Source: Euprymna scolopes
Taxonomy: Eukaryota
DNA length: 64,000 nt
Direction: 5' to 3' (one strand)
Assembly: GCA_053919585.1 (NCBI GenBank)
Contig: CM132792.1
Of the stretch, positions 14,450 to 26,012 are shown in pieces. Within the stretch, counting starts at the first letter, position 1; each line of letters opens with the position of its first letter. The notes under the pieces are model-generated. The model worked only from the letters and a program-made list of their open reading frames with translations, searched no databases and was not told the origin of the DNA. Made by a program: the position numbers and the translations under genes.

Positions 14450-14855
14450 CTGGAATTCGTTATTGAGATGAGTATTATTTATTAGTTTTTATTTATTGCG
14501 GACTATTCCCCTCATCTTTTTCGTTGTTGTTTCACGACGTTTCAACCAACTATTCCTCTGGCCTTCGTCAGGTGGTAACCGCGACGGGATAGGAACTCCG
14601 AATCTCCTAACTGCATCCACAGTAATTACAACCTTCCGCAGTTGTTGTCATCTCTCCACATTTTGGTCAAGTAAGCCTCTGCCCGGCTTTAGGTAGGATT
14701 GAAATCGCTATCTTCAGACGATTCTCACCTGGAACCGTAAAGATTCGACGTCTCTATCCACTGCGCCACGAGCCCCGAAGGCCAGAGGAATAGTTGGCCG
14801 AAACATCGTGAAAGAACAACTAAAAAGATGAGGTCCGCAATAAATAAATTAATAA
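14450..14855 (-). mobile_element. tRNA-headed SINE/retrozyme-like element with hammerhead motif and inverted extension, copy 1
   Basis: Minus strand: TGGCGCAGTGG A-box, hammerhead core, AATAAA-rich end; 14776-14850 is an inverted copy of 14490-14567; homologous to 62176-62510. Confidence 0.8.
14533..14575 (-). ncRNA. Minimal type I hammerhead ribozyme motif
   Basis: CAC-CTGACGA-A-GGCCA(GAGGAATAGT)TGGTT-GAAAC-GTC-GTG: core boxes, stem II, CAC:GTG stem I, palindromic ACGT stem III. Confidence 0.7.
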
Positions 14856-15097
14856 CAGGATATGCATGTATATATGTGTGTGTATAAATATTTAACCGAT
14901 AAACTCTTAAACTACTGTTATCAGAACACTGAAATTAACAGAAACTAGCAATCACATATCAAGGATGGTTAATAATGAGGAAAAGTTTTGTTTGGATAGA
15001 TAGACAACAAGTAAACGGCAAGTTGAAATGCTAAATGTTCATTTAAACATGCTCACATAGTTTGCGCATTGATAAAACTGAACATTCCAATTTGTCA

Positions 15098-15172
15098 GTC
15101 GAGTTAACTCAAACGGTAGGGAATGCAGCTGAAGCGGTAAATATTTTGGTTTCGATTCTAGCTAGGTGGCAA
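15098..15172 (+). pseudogene. Degenerate tRNA-like sequence (Phe-like) or SINE head
   Basis: GTCGAGTTAACTCAAACGG...CTGAAG...GGTTTCGATTC...GGCA spacing resembles tRNA-Phe; stems poorly paired. Confidence 0.45.
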
Positions 15173-16688
15173 ATTATTTTTTTAATGCTTTTGGGACCAG
15201 TACTAAATATTAGGAACAATATAATCTGCATGAATTAAAATATATTTAAGTGTATTTTATGGTTGGTAAGGTCGGGCGCCCCACCCTGGTAGTAATAATT
15301 ATTTTTTCCTTCTGGTGGATTGGACATTTACTCGATTCACACAAGACAGTATAACTGCAAGTTTTTCGCCGATTCGGCACTTATTAATACGACTCTTCAG
15401 AAACTCTGAGAATCCTATTACTTTTTTTGAATCGTGTGATACTTAAACTATGAGATATAATAGACCTATTGATATCTAAAACGCAAGAAATGTGAATTAG
15501 TAAATGACGTTTCAAAGTTTCTTTGCTGCTTTGTTTAGTTCCTAGCTGTCAACTAAGGAAGCAGAATTTTTATATGTGTATAAATAATATTTTGTCTATT
15601 TAATATGTGCAGTGTTATTGTAATCCTTGTGTCTATCACCAATGTGCTGGTTCATACACTGTAGTTGGATAGATGACATGCAAGTCTACTGAAAAAAAAA
15701 ATCTAGGCAGAATAAAAAACGGGTTTAGTTCATTGTTAACCGCAGAAGTACGAAATCAACGTCGTAAAATGAACTACACTTAATTATATAGAAGGTTATT
15801 ACGAGTGAAGTTATTATTCATACAATAATTATTATTTCTTATTTTATCTCATGATCTAGTACTATATTTGGGTTGTCTCTCCGTCTCTTAGTCCGGGAAT
15901 AGAATCGAAAACAAAGACCTATATCAAGATCAAATGCATTTTTTTAAAATTAATTTTATCCTGTGAAATTCAATGGTGGCATTTATTAGAAATACAAAAA
16001 ATTAAAAAACGGAAATGACACCATTAAAGAACAATCCATATTCGAGGAGTTGCCCCCAAATAGTATAGTAAATCTCGCCGACAAACGTTCAAACACGAGG
16101 GCGAATAAAGCTACGGACAATAACACATTAACTTCGAAAGAAGATAGTCATTAGATTGAGAATAATAACTCAGCTAACAGACAATAACAAGATCGAAAAA
16201 ATAATGACGGTGCTACGAAAATATACATACCCTATGAAGAAGACGGCATGGTGAACGACGGCGAAGTGATAGTAAATTTGAGCATGCAAATGAAAATACT
16301 TCCAACTTCCTATATGAATGATTATCTTAGGAGAAGCTGTCGAGGGCGATAAAATGTTAAAGTACGACATACTTTCGAAAACAATCAAGTATTGACATGT
16401 ATCTGTTAAAGCAGATCCAAACATGTTGCTGTTGACATGGCCAACTTAACAGAAAAAAGGGAGGGTTTTGCATATTTTAACTTGAAAGGAGTTTCATTTG
16501 AGTTTTAATTGAGAGCTCCTCTGTTTTAATTTTTTAATTTTAAACTTAGTGTAAATTTCCTGTGTTAATTCTATAAATAAATAAAACTCATATCGTCTCG
16601 GAAACGATCGTACAAAGAAATTTTGCTTCAGTTGAATTATTGCAGCGTGTGTAAATAATTATTTTATACATTTGTTTACCACGTATCT

Positions 16689-16782
<94 letters not shown>

Positions 16783-16784
16783 AG

Positions 16785-17480
16785 GCAATGGCAGAGACCT
16801 TAGGAAATGACCTCCAGACCGTAGTGGAACTGGGCCGCAAATGGATGATATTATTTAATGCTTTAAGACTAAGCTGCTCTCCTTTAACAATAACAAGACG
16901 CCTCTCCAACCACCGCATTCTCAGGCAATATGTACTAGAACAAATACAGTGAGGACATTGCGAAAGCTGCTGCAAAGAGGCTGGGTTCCCTCTGCCGAAA
17001 TAGAATACTACTTACATCTGAGTATCCTGTACATCGACAAGCCATCATTCGCCCATGCATTGGAGTATTTAACATCTGGGCTGGTGCATCTATCCCTAGC
17101 CCCTCCCTCTTGGATAGGGTCAAAAAAAGAGTTTTTAATCTAATAGGTCCCGCTTTGTCAATTAAGCTCCAACCTTTGTCCCATCGCCGCCATGTTGCAT
17201 CTCTGTACCTGTTTTACAATTATTGTTATGGAATGTGCTTTGATGAACTCGGTGCACTTGTGCTACCTCGACGTACATATCCCCTCACCCCGTCAGTGTT
17301 GAGATCCCTAAATGCTAGAAAGTTTTCTATTCTAAAAACTTTTTCCTTCGAACAACTAGAATTTGGAATTCCCTTCCTGCTTCCTGTTTCCTTGCCTGTA
17401 CTGATATGCAGAAGTTTAAATATAGCATAAACCAACATCTTGTTAACTTTTCTTAGGCATGATACCAAATAGTAGTTCAA
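16785..17480 (+). mobile_element. 3' fragment of a CR1-group LINE between (TA)n/(TG)n tracts
   Basis: MAETLGNDLQTVVE, LQPLSHRRHVASLYLFY match the C-terminus of the 347-2390 element. Confidence 0.9.
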
Positions 17481-17553
<73 letters not shown>

Positions 17554-17649
17554 AAATACTACCCCAGGTGTTGGAAAGTAAAAGAAAAAATGATATACAA
17601 AAAAAAAAAAACAAAAAAAAACCTAAGCTTAGCGAGTAGCAAAATTGAT

Positions 17650-19701
17650 TTATTAATAGCCAATGGTTAGGAAGCAGTTCACTGCGATGATTTCCGTCTA
17701 TCTGAATTATCGGCAGATGACTTCAAGTGTTTAATTTTTGCGCAGGGTCTAGTCTTATCCAAAAACGCTGTGATTAGACGAGGTGTTCTCTCTAGACTTG
17801 AGAGCGAACAGGGCCTCACCCTCCAGAAGTTGGCCGAGAATTGTCAACGGGTAGTCTGCGTAAGGAACAACTCGAGATATGTCGAGGAGTCAGGCGCAAT
17901 ATTCATTAGAAGGACGACCTTCAGACTGGAAAAATACTCACCTCGAAAAAGCAAATCTGGAAGTAAGAAAACTCAGGCTACACTTAATAAGTACCACCCA
18001 GTCACAATCCCCTACAAGCCCGTGATATCGCTGCGGCGAGAAACATTGGTCAAGTCAATGTTTTTACAAATATAAGTACTACAACGAATGTGGCAGAAAG
18101 GGCCACAAAGCGATCCAGTGCAGGAAGAACAAGGTAAAGAACAGCATCCGACATACTAGATCCGACTTTGATTCGGGTATGAACCGGCGCAAATATGTCA
18201 CAGTTAACATCGCAAATAAAACTATGCATCTATAATTGGATTCCGGATCAGACTTGGCCATCATTAACCCTAAGACGTGGAAAAGGCTAAGGAAACCAAC
18301 CATGCGAAAGACGAACAAATCAGCTCGAGCTGTGACAGGCGATAAAGTGGAATCTTAAGGAGAGCTCACACTACCGGTAACCTTAAATGGTGTTACTAAA
18401 AAAGTGAAAGTGTATGTACATAGGTCATCCGAAAACCTCTTTGGTACTGACTGGATGGAACGATTCGAATTCTGGGACTAACCTATGAATAAATTCTGTA
18501 ATAGGATAGAAGACTCGTCTACGGAAGCTCAACAACTGAAAGACGAGTTAAAAGAGGAATTTCCAGAAGTATTGTCACCAGGACTAGGAAAATGTACAAA
18601 GGCTATAGCAAGATTCGAACTAAAAGGAAACACTATGTCCGTTTTCAAGAAGAAACGAAACGTCCCATTTGCAGCAACAGAGAAATCGAAAAAGGAAGCT
18701 TCAACGGAATCTGCCAAAGGAGCCCCCCCCCCGCTGAAACTTCAAAGCCGGAAGCTAAAAAACCCGCACCAAAAGAATTCCCAAGCCAAAGCAACCTAAG
18801 GAGGCTGACAAAACTGATAAGAAACAAATTAGTCATGCGGATAGCTTATCTAGGCTGATACCATTGAAAAGGTATCTGTTTGAAGATTCCATCATTGCCA
18901 CTCTTCGGACGGACGGGGAAATAAAAACGATGATGGGCAACACAAGCAGAGAACTCCCGGTGTTTCTACCGGAGATTAAAAAGGAAACATTTCAACAATT
19001 TTTACACGTGTATAGGATTACACCCAACCCGAACACACCAACAACAGTCTCACCTGCAGAAACGATGTTTGCGCGGAAAGTGAGATCCGTTTTTGACAAG
19101 CTCTTACTCAAACAGTCAAGGCCACTAGTGAACACTTGGGTACCCAATAAACGTTTCATATCAGGTGAAAGAGTATTTTTCAAAAGTTATAAAAACAACA
19201 CATCATTCTGCGAGGTGGGTACAATTACTAAGAGAGTCGGTGACATGGTAGATATCGTCCAAGGACCAACATATACCCACAAACGTCACCAGAACCAACT
19301 AAGAAAGTGTCGATCAGTTGAAACCAGCGACAGTCCACCATTGGAAGATGAGCCGATAGACTCTTCGAAACTTTTGATCTTGAACCTTTTCAACCAACAC
19401 CTGAACTACGGTGGTCGTTCTGTAAGAGGAAGGTTACCGAGCCATTGATGGTAAACCCTAAAAGGAAGAGGTACTGAGCTTTTACGAAAAAGCTTGGGAG
19501 GGGGTGGAGGAGACGTTGGGATTAATGGACTCATAACGCCATTTCCTTTGGTGACGTCACTGCCCGGCAGTAAGAAATTGGCAAACGCCCTACCGTTGAG
19601 GAATGGCATTGCTCAACTCGCTTTGCCTGTAATATATGTGAATACGTTTTTCCCTAAAAGTCCTTTGTTCCTTTCATTTATTACCATTTAGCCTCATAAC
19701 A
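17650..19701 (+). mobile_element. Internally deleted Ty3/Gypsy LTR retrotransposon (gag, protease, pol remnants, PPT, 3' LTR 19514-19701)
   Basis: DDFKCLIFAQGL gag, CGRKGHKAIQC knuckle, LDSGSD protease, KKRNVPFAA, HADSLSRL, YRITPNP..SPAETMFARK integrase end; purine tract, then (C)GTTGGG...CATAACA. Confidence 0.88.
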
Positions 19702-20022
19702 GAAAGTCAACACCAAAGTATACCTGAATGTGCTGAAGAATCCCCTGCTGCAATCAAGTGGCCGCTAGCAGATCCTGGGTGTGGCAGCAGTACTCGACGC
19801 TGGCTCACAAGTCCAAAGAGACTTAGGCTTGGCTTCAGAAAGAGTGCTATGACTTTGTACCCTTCTCTCACGTTCCCCTTCTTCCCCGACCTGAAGTCGC
19901 TGGATTATTTCGTTTGGTCATACATTGAGAACATCACCAACATGACCTCCCACAATACCAAAACCAGCCTGATCGCTGCCATTTTCCGAATATTCGCAGA
20001 TCTCTTGCCGACGCTTGTTGAA
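19702..20022 (+). mobile_element. Tc1/mariner superfamily (maT-like) transposase C-terminal fragment
   Basis: Frameshifted KVNTKVYLNVLK..WVWQQYSTLAHKSKE..SPDLKSLDYFVWSYIE. Confidence 0.85.
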
Positions 20023-20210
20023 CATGGACATGTATTATGATAATGTTCGGTGTTATGGTATTCGTTTGATGCACAGTTAGGGATGAATAGGGATTGATAA
20101 GGATGATCATTTTATGCGAAATTGTGCACAAATTTTACCGCATTCAACCATAAGTAACCATCAAAGTAATCTGTTTTAGCAGATTAAAGCTAACGTGTAA
20201 TTCATTATTC

Positions 20211-20322
20211 AGTTCGGCACAAGCACGTTGACGCGCCAGTTCTCGCTAGATCAACGTTAAGCAACGTTGAGCCTGGCCATTACTAGATGGGTGACTAATT
20301 GGGAATGCGAGGCGCTGTATGT
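20211..20322 (+). pseudogene. 5S rRNA pseudogene or SINE3-like head
   Basis: CACGTTGA..CCAGTTCTCG..GATCA..GTTAAGCAACGTTGAGCCTGG..TACTAGATGGGTGACT..TGGGAAT..GGCGCTGTA is collinear with animal 5S rRNA. Confidence 0.85.
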
Positions 20323-20790
20323 ACCACGTGATAAAACACTAGGTTGAGAAATTGGCGCGGTCTATCCTTCTCTCGAGGGTAGGTAGGACTCTCTTAAGTC
20401 GTGGTAGGCACCCCATCTAGTGATGGCGTCAAGGTAAAAAATACCATTGATAGCCTTGGCGAAGCATCAAGTATTCAGCTAACGACAAGATTTGAATTAC
20501 ACTACATACTTGTGTAGTGAGTTCAATCTCGGCTACACCCGCGCTGAATAGATGATAGATGTTTATTCATTAAAAAAAAGAGAACATTTTCCACAACGAG
20601 AGTAGGAACAAATGCTTCAGAAGCTATCAATAGTAGCCCCGGTTGACCGTATATCTGTCTATAATCTTTTTAAAATGTAAAGTCGTAATGAAACTTTTCA
20701 CGAAAGAGGCATACTACTGAAATAAATCATATAGTAAGATTTTTGATGACAAGTTGAGGTATAAACTCTTGTCTTGTCTTTCAATTACAG

Positions 20791-20883
20791 AAGATCAATC
20801 CTCAGATTTTACCGTTTTCTACAAGAAGGAGTTTTCTTGCGTATCACCGAGTAACACGAATAGGATTGCCCAGGAATTTTTTT
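20791..20883 (+). other. Candidate 93-nt internal exon of an unidentified host gene
   Basis: Pyrimidine tract CTTGTCTTGTCTTTCAATTACAG acceptor, GTAAGC donor, two open frames; no recognised homology. Confidence 0.25.
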
Positions 20884-21271
20884 GTAAGCCTAAATGCGTT
20901 TTACCTAACGCGCTGGCTTTTCAAAATCTTACTTGACCTTGTGTCTCACTTCGAACAGAAGAAGTAAATAAGCATACTACGCAGATAAACTGATAAATAA
21001 ACGCCCTTAACGTCTTAATGCATAAACAAACAGACTTATTTATTATCTCATCTAAAAAAAAAAAGTTTCGAAAAGCTATGAATACGTCATAAGTTAATGC
21101 ATTACAACAGCAGGGGTCAGTGGCAATGTCAGAGGGTGATATCACACAATTAGATTTCAATTATCACATTGCTGAACGTTTATAGAAACGGTCATCATAG
21201 TTGTTGATGGGACGTGATCATCCACACTAATATCTACTCGAGCAATCTGCGTTTGTTGTTTTCTTGTTGCC

Positions 21272-21327
<56 letters not shown>

Positions 21328-21917
21328 TCGTGAGCAAAAAAAAAAAATGGGCCAAAATTTTTGATACATTTTATTGCAGTAAAAGCTATATTAAACAAAG
21401 AATAATTGAACAAGGGGACTTAAAAGAGACTAATAACACAGGACAAGACATTTACTTTAATAAATGCTTAGGATGGAATCGACTTCCCTTTTGATTTCTT
21501 TAGAAGATCAATCCTTTTAGACATACTCTCAACTAAAGTGGAACACTGTGAAGAGGAGATGCTATTCCATTCGCTTTGCACAGCTTCCTACAGTTTGTCA
21601 TTGTTCGAAAAAGTTCTCCTGGTCAATGCACGAGATATTATGGACAAAATATCATCGATTGGGTTTAAATCGGGGCTTTGATCTGGCCAAAATATCACAT
21701 CAAATGAATTATCAGAAAAAAACATTTTTCGTGACTTTAGCAGTGTGTGAAGGAGCATTATCATGTTCAAAAATAAAGTTCAGTGATATTCCCAGCTTCA
21801 GGATATTTAGTAGCAGTCCTGTTTCTAACATTTGAATGTATTCCTTTGCATTGATTTACTTCTTACATTTTATAAGTTCTCCAACTTCTGCTGCAGTAAA
21901 AGTTCCTCATACCATAT

Positions 21918-23997
21918 TGTTACATGATAAGGGCTGTCCCCTTTTCATGTAAGTATAAAAATAGAGAGATTTAGTTAAAATGAAAATGAAATAGATTAGA
22001 CGAAATTCGAACCTCATAAATTAGGTTTAGAAATAGATTACGCGAGAGAATTAGAAAATAGAATGTAAAACAAACCATTGTTTTGCTTAGAGATAAAATA
22101 GTTTCAAGAAAAGAATGTGTGTTGACAAGTCTGTTATAAAAAATTCAATTGAGGAATGCAACTATACAAAATAATTTAATAAACATGTTTTTAACATATT
22201 GGAAAAATAGGTTATTGAGAAAATAGGTTAAAATTCCTTTTGTAAACAAAGGAAAAAGTTTTGGACACGCATGTCCAGAACACGCGAAAGAAGACACATG
22301 TTTTAACATGTGTATGACGTCATGGAAAATGTGAAGTTCTAGATATAGTTAGAAACTTGAGAGAAACTGGGGGAGAGTCAGAGGGAGTCTGAGGACGACA
22401 GACGACAGTCCAGACATGGACATTCGAACGTCTAGAAGCGAGACGGTCACTTTTGAAACTTAGAATGTCAAGCTTTGAATTCTTGACTCAGAAAACCACG
22501 GCCAGTCGTGAGAAGAAATAAACCCATCATGTGTTTTTATAAACGTCGTCTTTGTGTTGTGATTCTACCAAAAGGTAAAGTGAAAATTGTTATTATATGT
22601 CTATATATCTGTGTTATAAAATGTCTTGACATACACATCTCATATCTACAATGCGAACTCTACATCTCATATCAACACTTCTAAGGATGAACATTTTATA
22701 AATATGAATCTCATTATAAAACGAACAATCTCTCTCTTTCTAAGACACAACAACAAACTCTCTTCTAAGACTGCGCTCTTAATAAAACTCTTAATAAGAC
22801 TCTCGCTATAAATAAGACCTAACAACAATAATAATAATGAATTATTACTACGGGGAAGAGGATCACGAGATCGCTCTGCAGGACATGCATCAGACCTTTA
22901 CATTAGTCAGAAACAATGTAAAGAGAGCTAGGAAGAAAATGGTAGATAGGGCCAACGAGAAAACGAAAGCAGTTGATTTTCAAGGTCGCGATTTAGTTTA
23001 TTATAGAAATCATAGGAAAAAGGGAAAGCTAGACGTAAGATGGTCTACATATTATGTAGTAATAGAGAAGACGGGGCCAGTCTCGTATAGGATTAGAAGT
23101 CAACTGACAGAGGCAGTAACAAAAGCCCATGGGGAGCACCTTCGAAAAGCAGAACTGGAGGAATGGAATATCCCCAACGAGCAAGAGGGCTGTAGAAAAA
23201 CTACCCTGTCAGCACCGGTAGAGGAAAGTAGTACCGATACTGAATCCTCTAGTGGAGAGGAAGAAAATTATCCCCAACAGAGCTGTCGCCATCAACGGAA
23301 ATCCCCAAGTCAGGAAAACAGGGTCCCGTTGATGGAACGGAAAATAATAACACGCAGCATGACGGCTGAAAGGGCTAAGGAAGTTAACGAAATATCTAAG
23401 GACGATATATTAAACTTAGTGCCCAGGTCGTGCGGTGTTGATTATGATAATAGGGACCAGCCAACCGTAGCTAGGGATAGCACGGGGGTTGGGAACTCAG
23501 ATTATAATAAAGCTGCGGGTCGGGAGCGCGAAACAGGATGTTTAGACTGGGTAAGGAAGTTACTCTGTGGATTTTAGACAAAATCCTTATTATTAACCTA
23601 CTAACGGGGGGGTGTTTTCTCGTTGCAGGAAAATGGGAAGTTCTAGATATAGTTAGAAACTTGAGAGAAACTGGGGGAGAGTCAGAGGGAGTCTGAGGAC
23701 GACAGACGACAGTCCAGACATGGACATTCGAACGTCTAGAAGCGAGACGGTCACTTTTGAAACTTAGAATGTCAAGCTTTGAATTCTTAACTCAGAAAAC
23801 CACGGCCGGTCGTGAGAAGAAATAAACCCATCATGTGTTTTTATAAACGTCATCTTTGTGTTGTGCTTCTACCAAAAGGTAAAGTGAAAATTGTTATTAT
23901 ATGTCTATATATCTGTGTTATAAAATGTCTTGACATACACATCTCATATCTACAATGCGAACTCTACATCTCATATCAACACTTCTAAGTATGAACA
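21918..23997 (+). mobile_element. Deleted Gypsy-type LTR element nested in the Tc1
   Basis: Starts TGTTACA; 370-bp direct repeats at 22324-22693 and 23628-23997; integrase C-terminal ORF between them. Confidence 0.85.
22837..23577 (+). pseudogene. Gypsy integrase C-terminal (GPF/Y-like) region remnant
   Basis: KLDVRWSTYYVVIEKTGPVSYRI..HGEHLR; catalytic core absent. Confidence 0.75.
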
Positions 23998-24608
23998 CAT
24001 TCCTGAACCAGCCTGTATCTTTCTTGCCATAAACGAGAAAAAATCTCTTTTTATCATTGATGTTCTAAGATAAAAATGGCTTCTTTGCACATCTTTTAGG
24101 GAAAATCCTATTTCTTTCCTTCGTCTAGACATTGTATATTAAAGAAAATAATTTTCAGCCCCTGTTTTGAATTCTTTGCTATGGTCAACATAAGTTTTCT
24201 TTCGATCGTTTAAAACAGTTAATTTAAGCCTGTGGTCGTCCTTCAAAGTGAATGCTCTAGGGCGACCAGGCCCAGATTTCCCTTTTACCAAGCGTTCGAC
24301 TTTGAACTTTCGACCAATTCGCTTCACTACAGAAAGAGATGTTTTCACATTTTCTTTTCTTAAAATATAAAAAATCTGCATGTAAGTCATTTTGGACTGC
24401 CTTAATCCTGCAATTCGGTTTTTTATATCCTCGCCAAGATGCGGTCTTACCATTTTAGGATTAATTTTTTCACTTATTATTATATGCTATAATAATAATG
24501 ATCTACAAAATAGACATTTTCAGTTAAAATTAACAAAAATTTAAGGAAAAATATTGAAAAATCGATTTCTTCATTCTTTCACCCTTGGCCCATTGTTTTT
24601 ACTCATGA

Positions 24609-24684
<76 letters not shown>

Positions 24685-25096
24685 TGTATTAACAAAACCA
24701 AGAATTCAAAAAAGGAATGGGTAGCAACAAAAAGTGTATTTCATTGTAAGTTACAATTGTTTCAAGACCGGTTGGACAATTTCAAGCATTATGGCGTTTG
24801 AAAATTTTCACATAACCAGCCTTTCTCCAGACTTCTTGAATAAAAAACACTTAACAATAGAACATTATTTAAAGAAATTTCCTTAAAGGAAATGAAGCAT
24901 GCGAAAACATTTATCCTGGACGCATACCTTATCAAGAANNNNNNNNNNNNNNNNNNNNNNNNNNNNNNNNNNNNNNNNNNNNNNNNNNNNNNNNNNNNNN
25001 NNNNNNNNNNNNNNNNNNNNNNNNNNNNNNNNNNNNNNNNNNNNNNNNNNNNNNNNNNNNNNNNNNNNNNNNNNNNNTATACCATCCCTATTTAAG

Positions 25097-25157
<61 letters not shown>

Positions 25158-25158
<1 letters not shown>

Positions 25159-25355
25159 GTCATCCACATACAGTACGGCTTCGCTGTATCACAGCTAAGA
25201 AGGGCGACTAGACAGGCAACTAACTCAAGTCAGGATCGAAACTCGACCGCCCAAACGACAGTGAAGGCTTCTCACCACAACGCTATTCGGCTGCTGCTGT
25301 GCGGGTAGTGAATTAACAGTGTTTTGACATCGTCCAAATGTCTAAGCTCGAAGTG
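25158..25355 (-). mobile_element. tRNA-derived SINE-like element abutting (TA)n, copy 2
   Basis: Reverse-complement homolog of 2835-3045; TAGCGTTGTGG A-box, GTTTCGATCC B-box. Confidence 0.7.
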
Positions 25356-26012
25356 GCAGTTTTAGTCATTTATAATTGCGTTGAAATTTCGCCGCTCACT
25401 CATTTTTCGATCAAATTTCAAACTTACAACTTAAATTATTGCAGTTTATAGATCACCTCAGTTATATTGTGAATTTTTTTTCAGTTTTTCATTCGGTAAA
25501 ATAAAAGTTATGATGAATTAGAATGACGTTCAAAATCGTAAAAATTCGTAAGGAGGTGATCGACGTTTTTTATGACTGGTTTCCATAGCAACCATGTCGC
25601 TTTAGCTAATGTTGCTAGCAATTAACCGCTCTCGCAAAAAAGAGAAGTAACAAGTTAAACAGAGAGAATGAAAGACTGAAAAGGAGATAATTGGAGGATT
25701 TTATTAAAGACAGACGAGTGCCGTACATTCTTATTACACATGTGTTATGTTAATGGGGAGGGGATAAGACTGAAATTAAAGTGCAAGTGAATTTACGTGA
25801 AGCCTGGAAAAATCATGAATTGCAATAGAAAAATATGAGCATTAAAAGTAATATGGTTAAGCTTAAACATGGAAAAGTAAAGGACTAGTTGTTAAATCTG
25901 GAAAAAGAAAAGGAAAGCTATTATAGTAAAAAATATAATAACTCCATAACTTAAAATATTGCAGCATTAAGAATTTTTAAAAAATTCAATTCATAACATT
26001 GTATAATCAATT
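25355..26012 (+). repeat. Interspersed repeat family A, copy 2
   Basis: Aligns with 6420-7025. Confidence 0.85.

Larger units (their letters stand above)
21325..24611 (-). mobile_element. Decayed Tc1 DNA transposon within (TA)n, interrupted by an LTR element
   Basis: TIRs TACTCRTGAGYAAAAA..AATGGGCCAA at both ends; N-terminal ORF 24139-24453 with GRPR; MV*GTF, WPDQSPDLNPI. Confidence 0.92.

Noticed and set aside
14490-14850. Reading the inverted repeats as MITE TIRs
   Set aside because: The inverted arm length differs greatly between the two copies, no TSD is seen, and the arm contains a hammerhead core.
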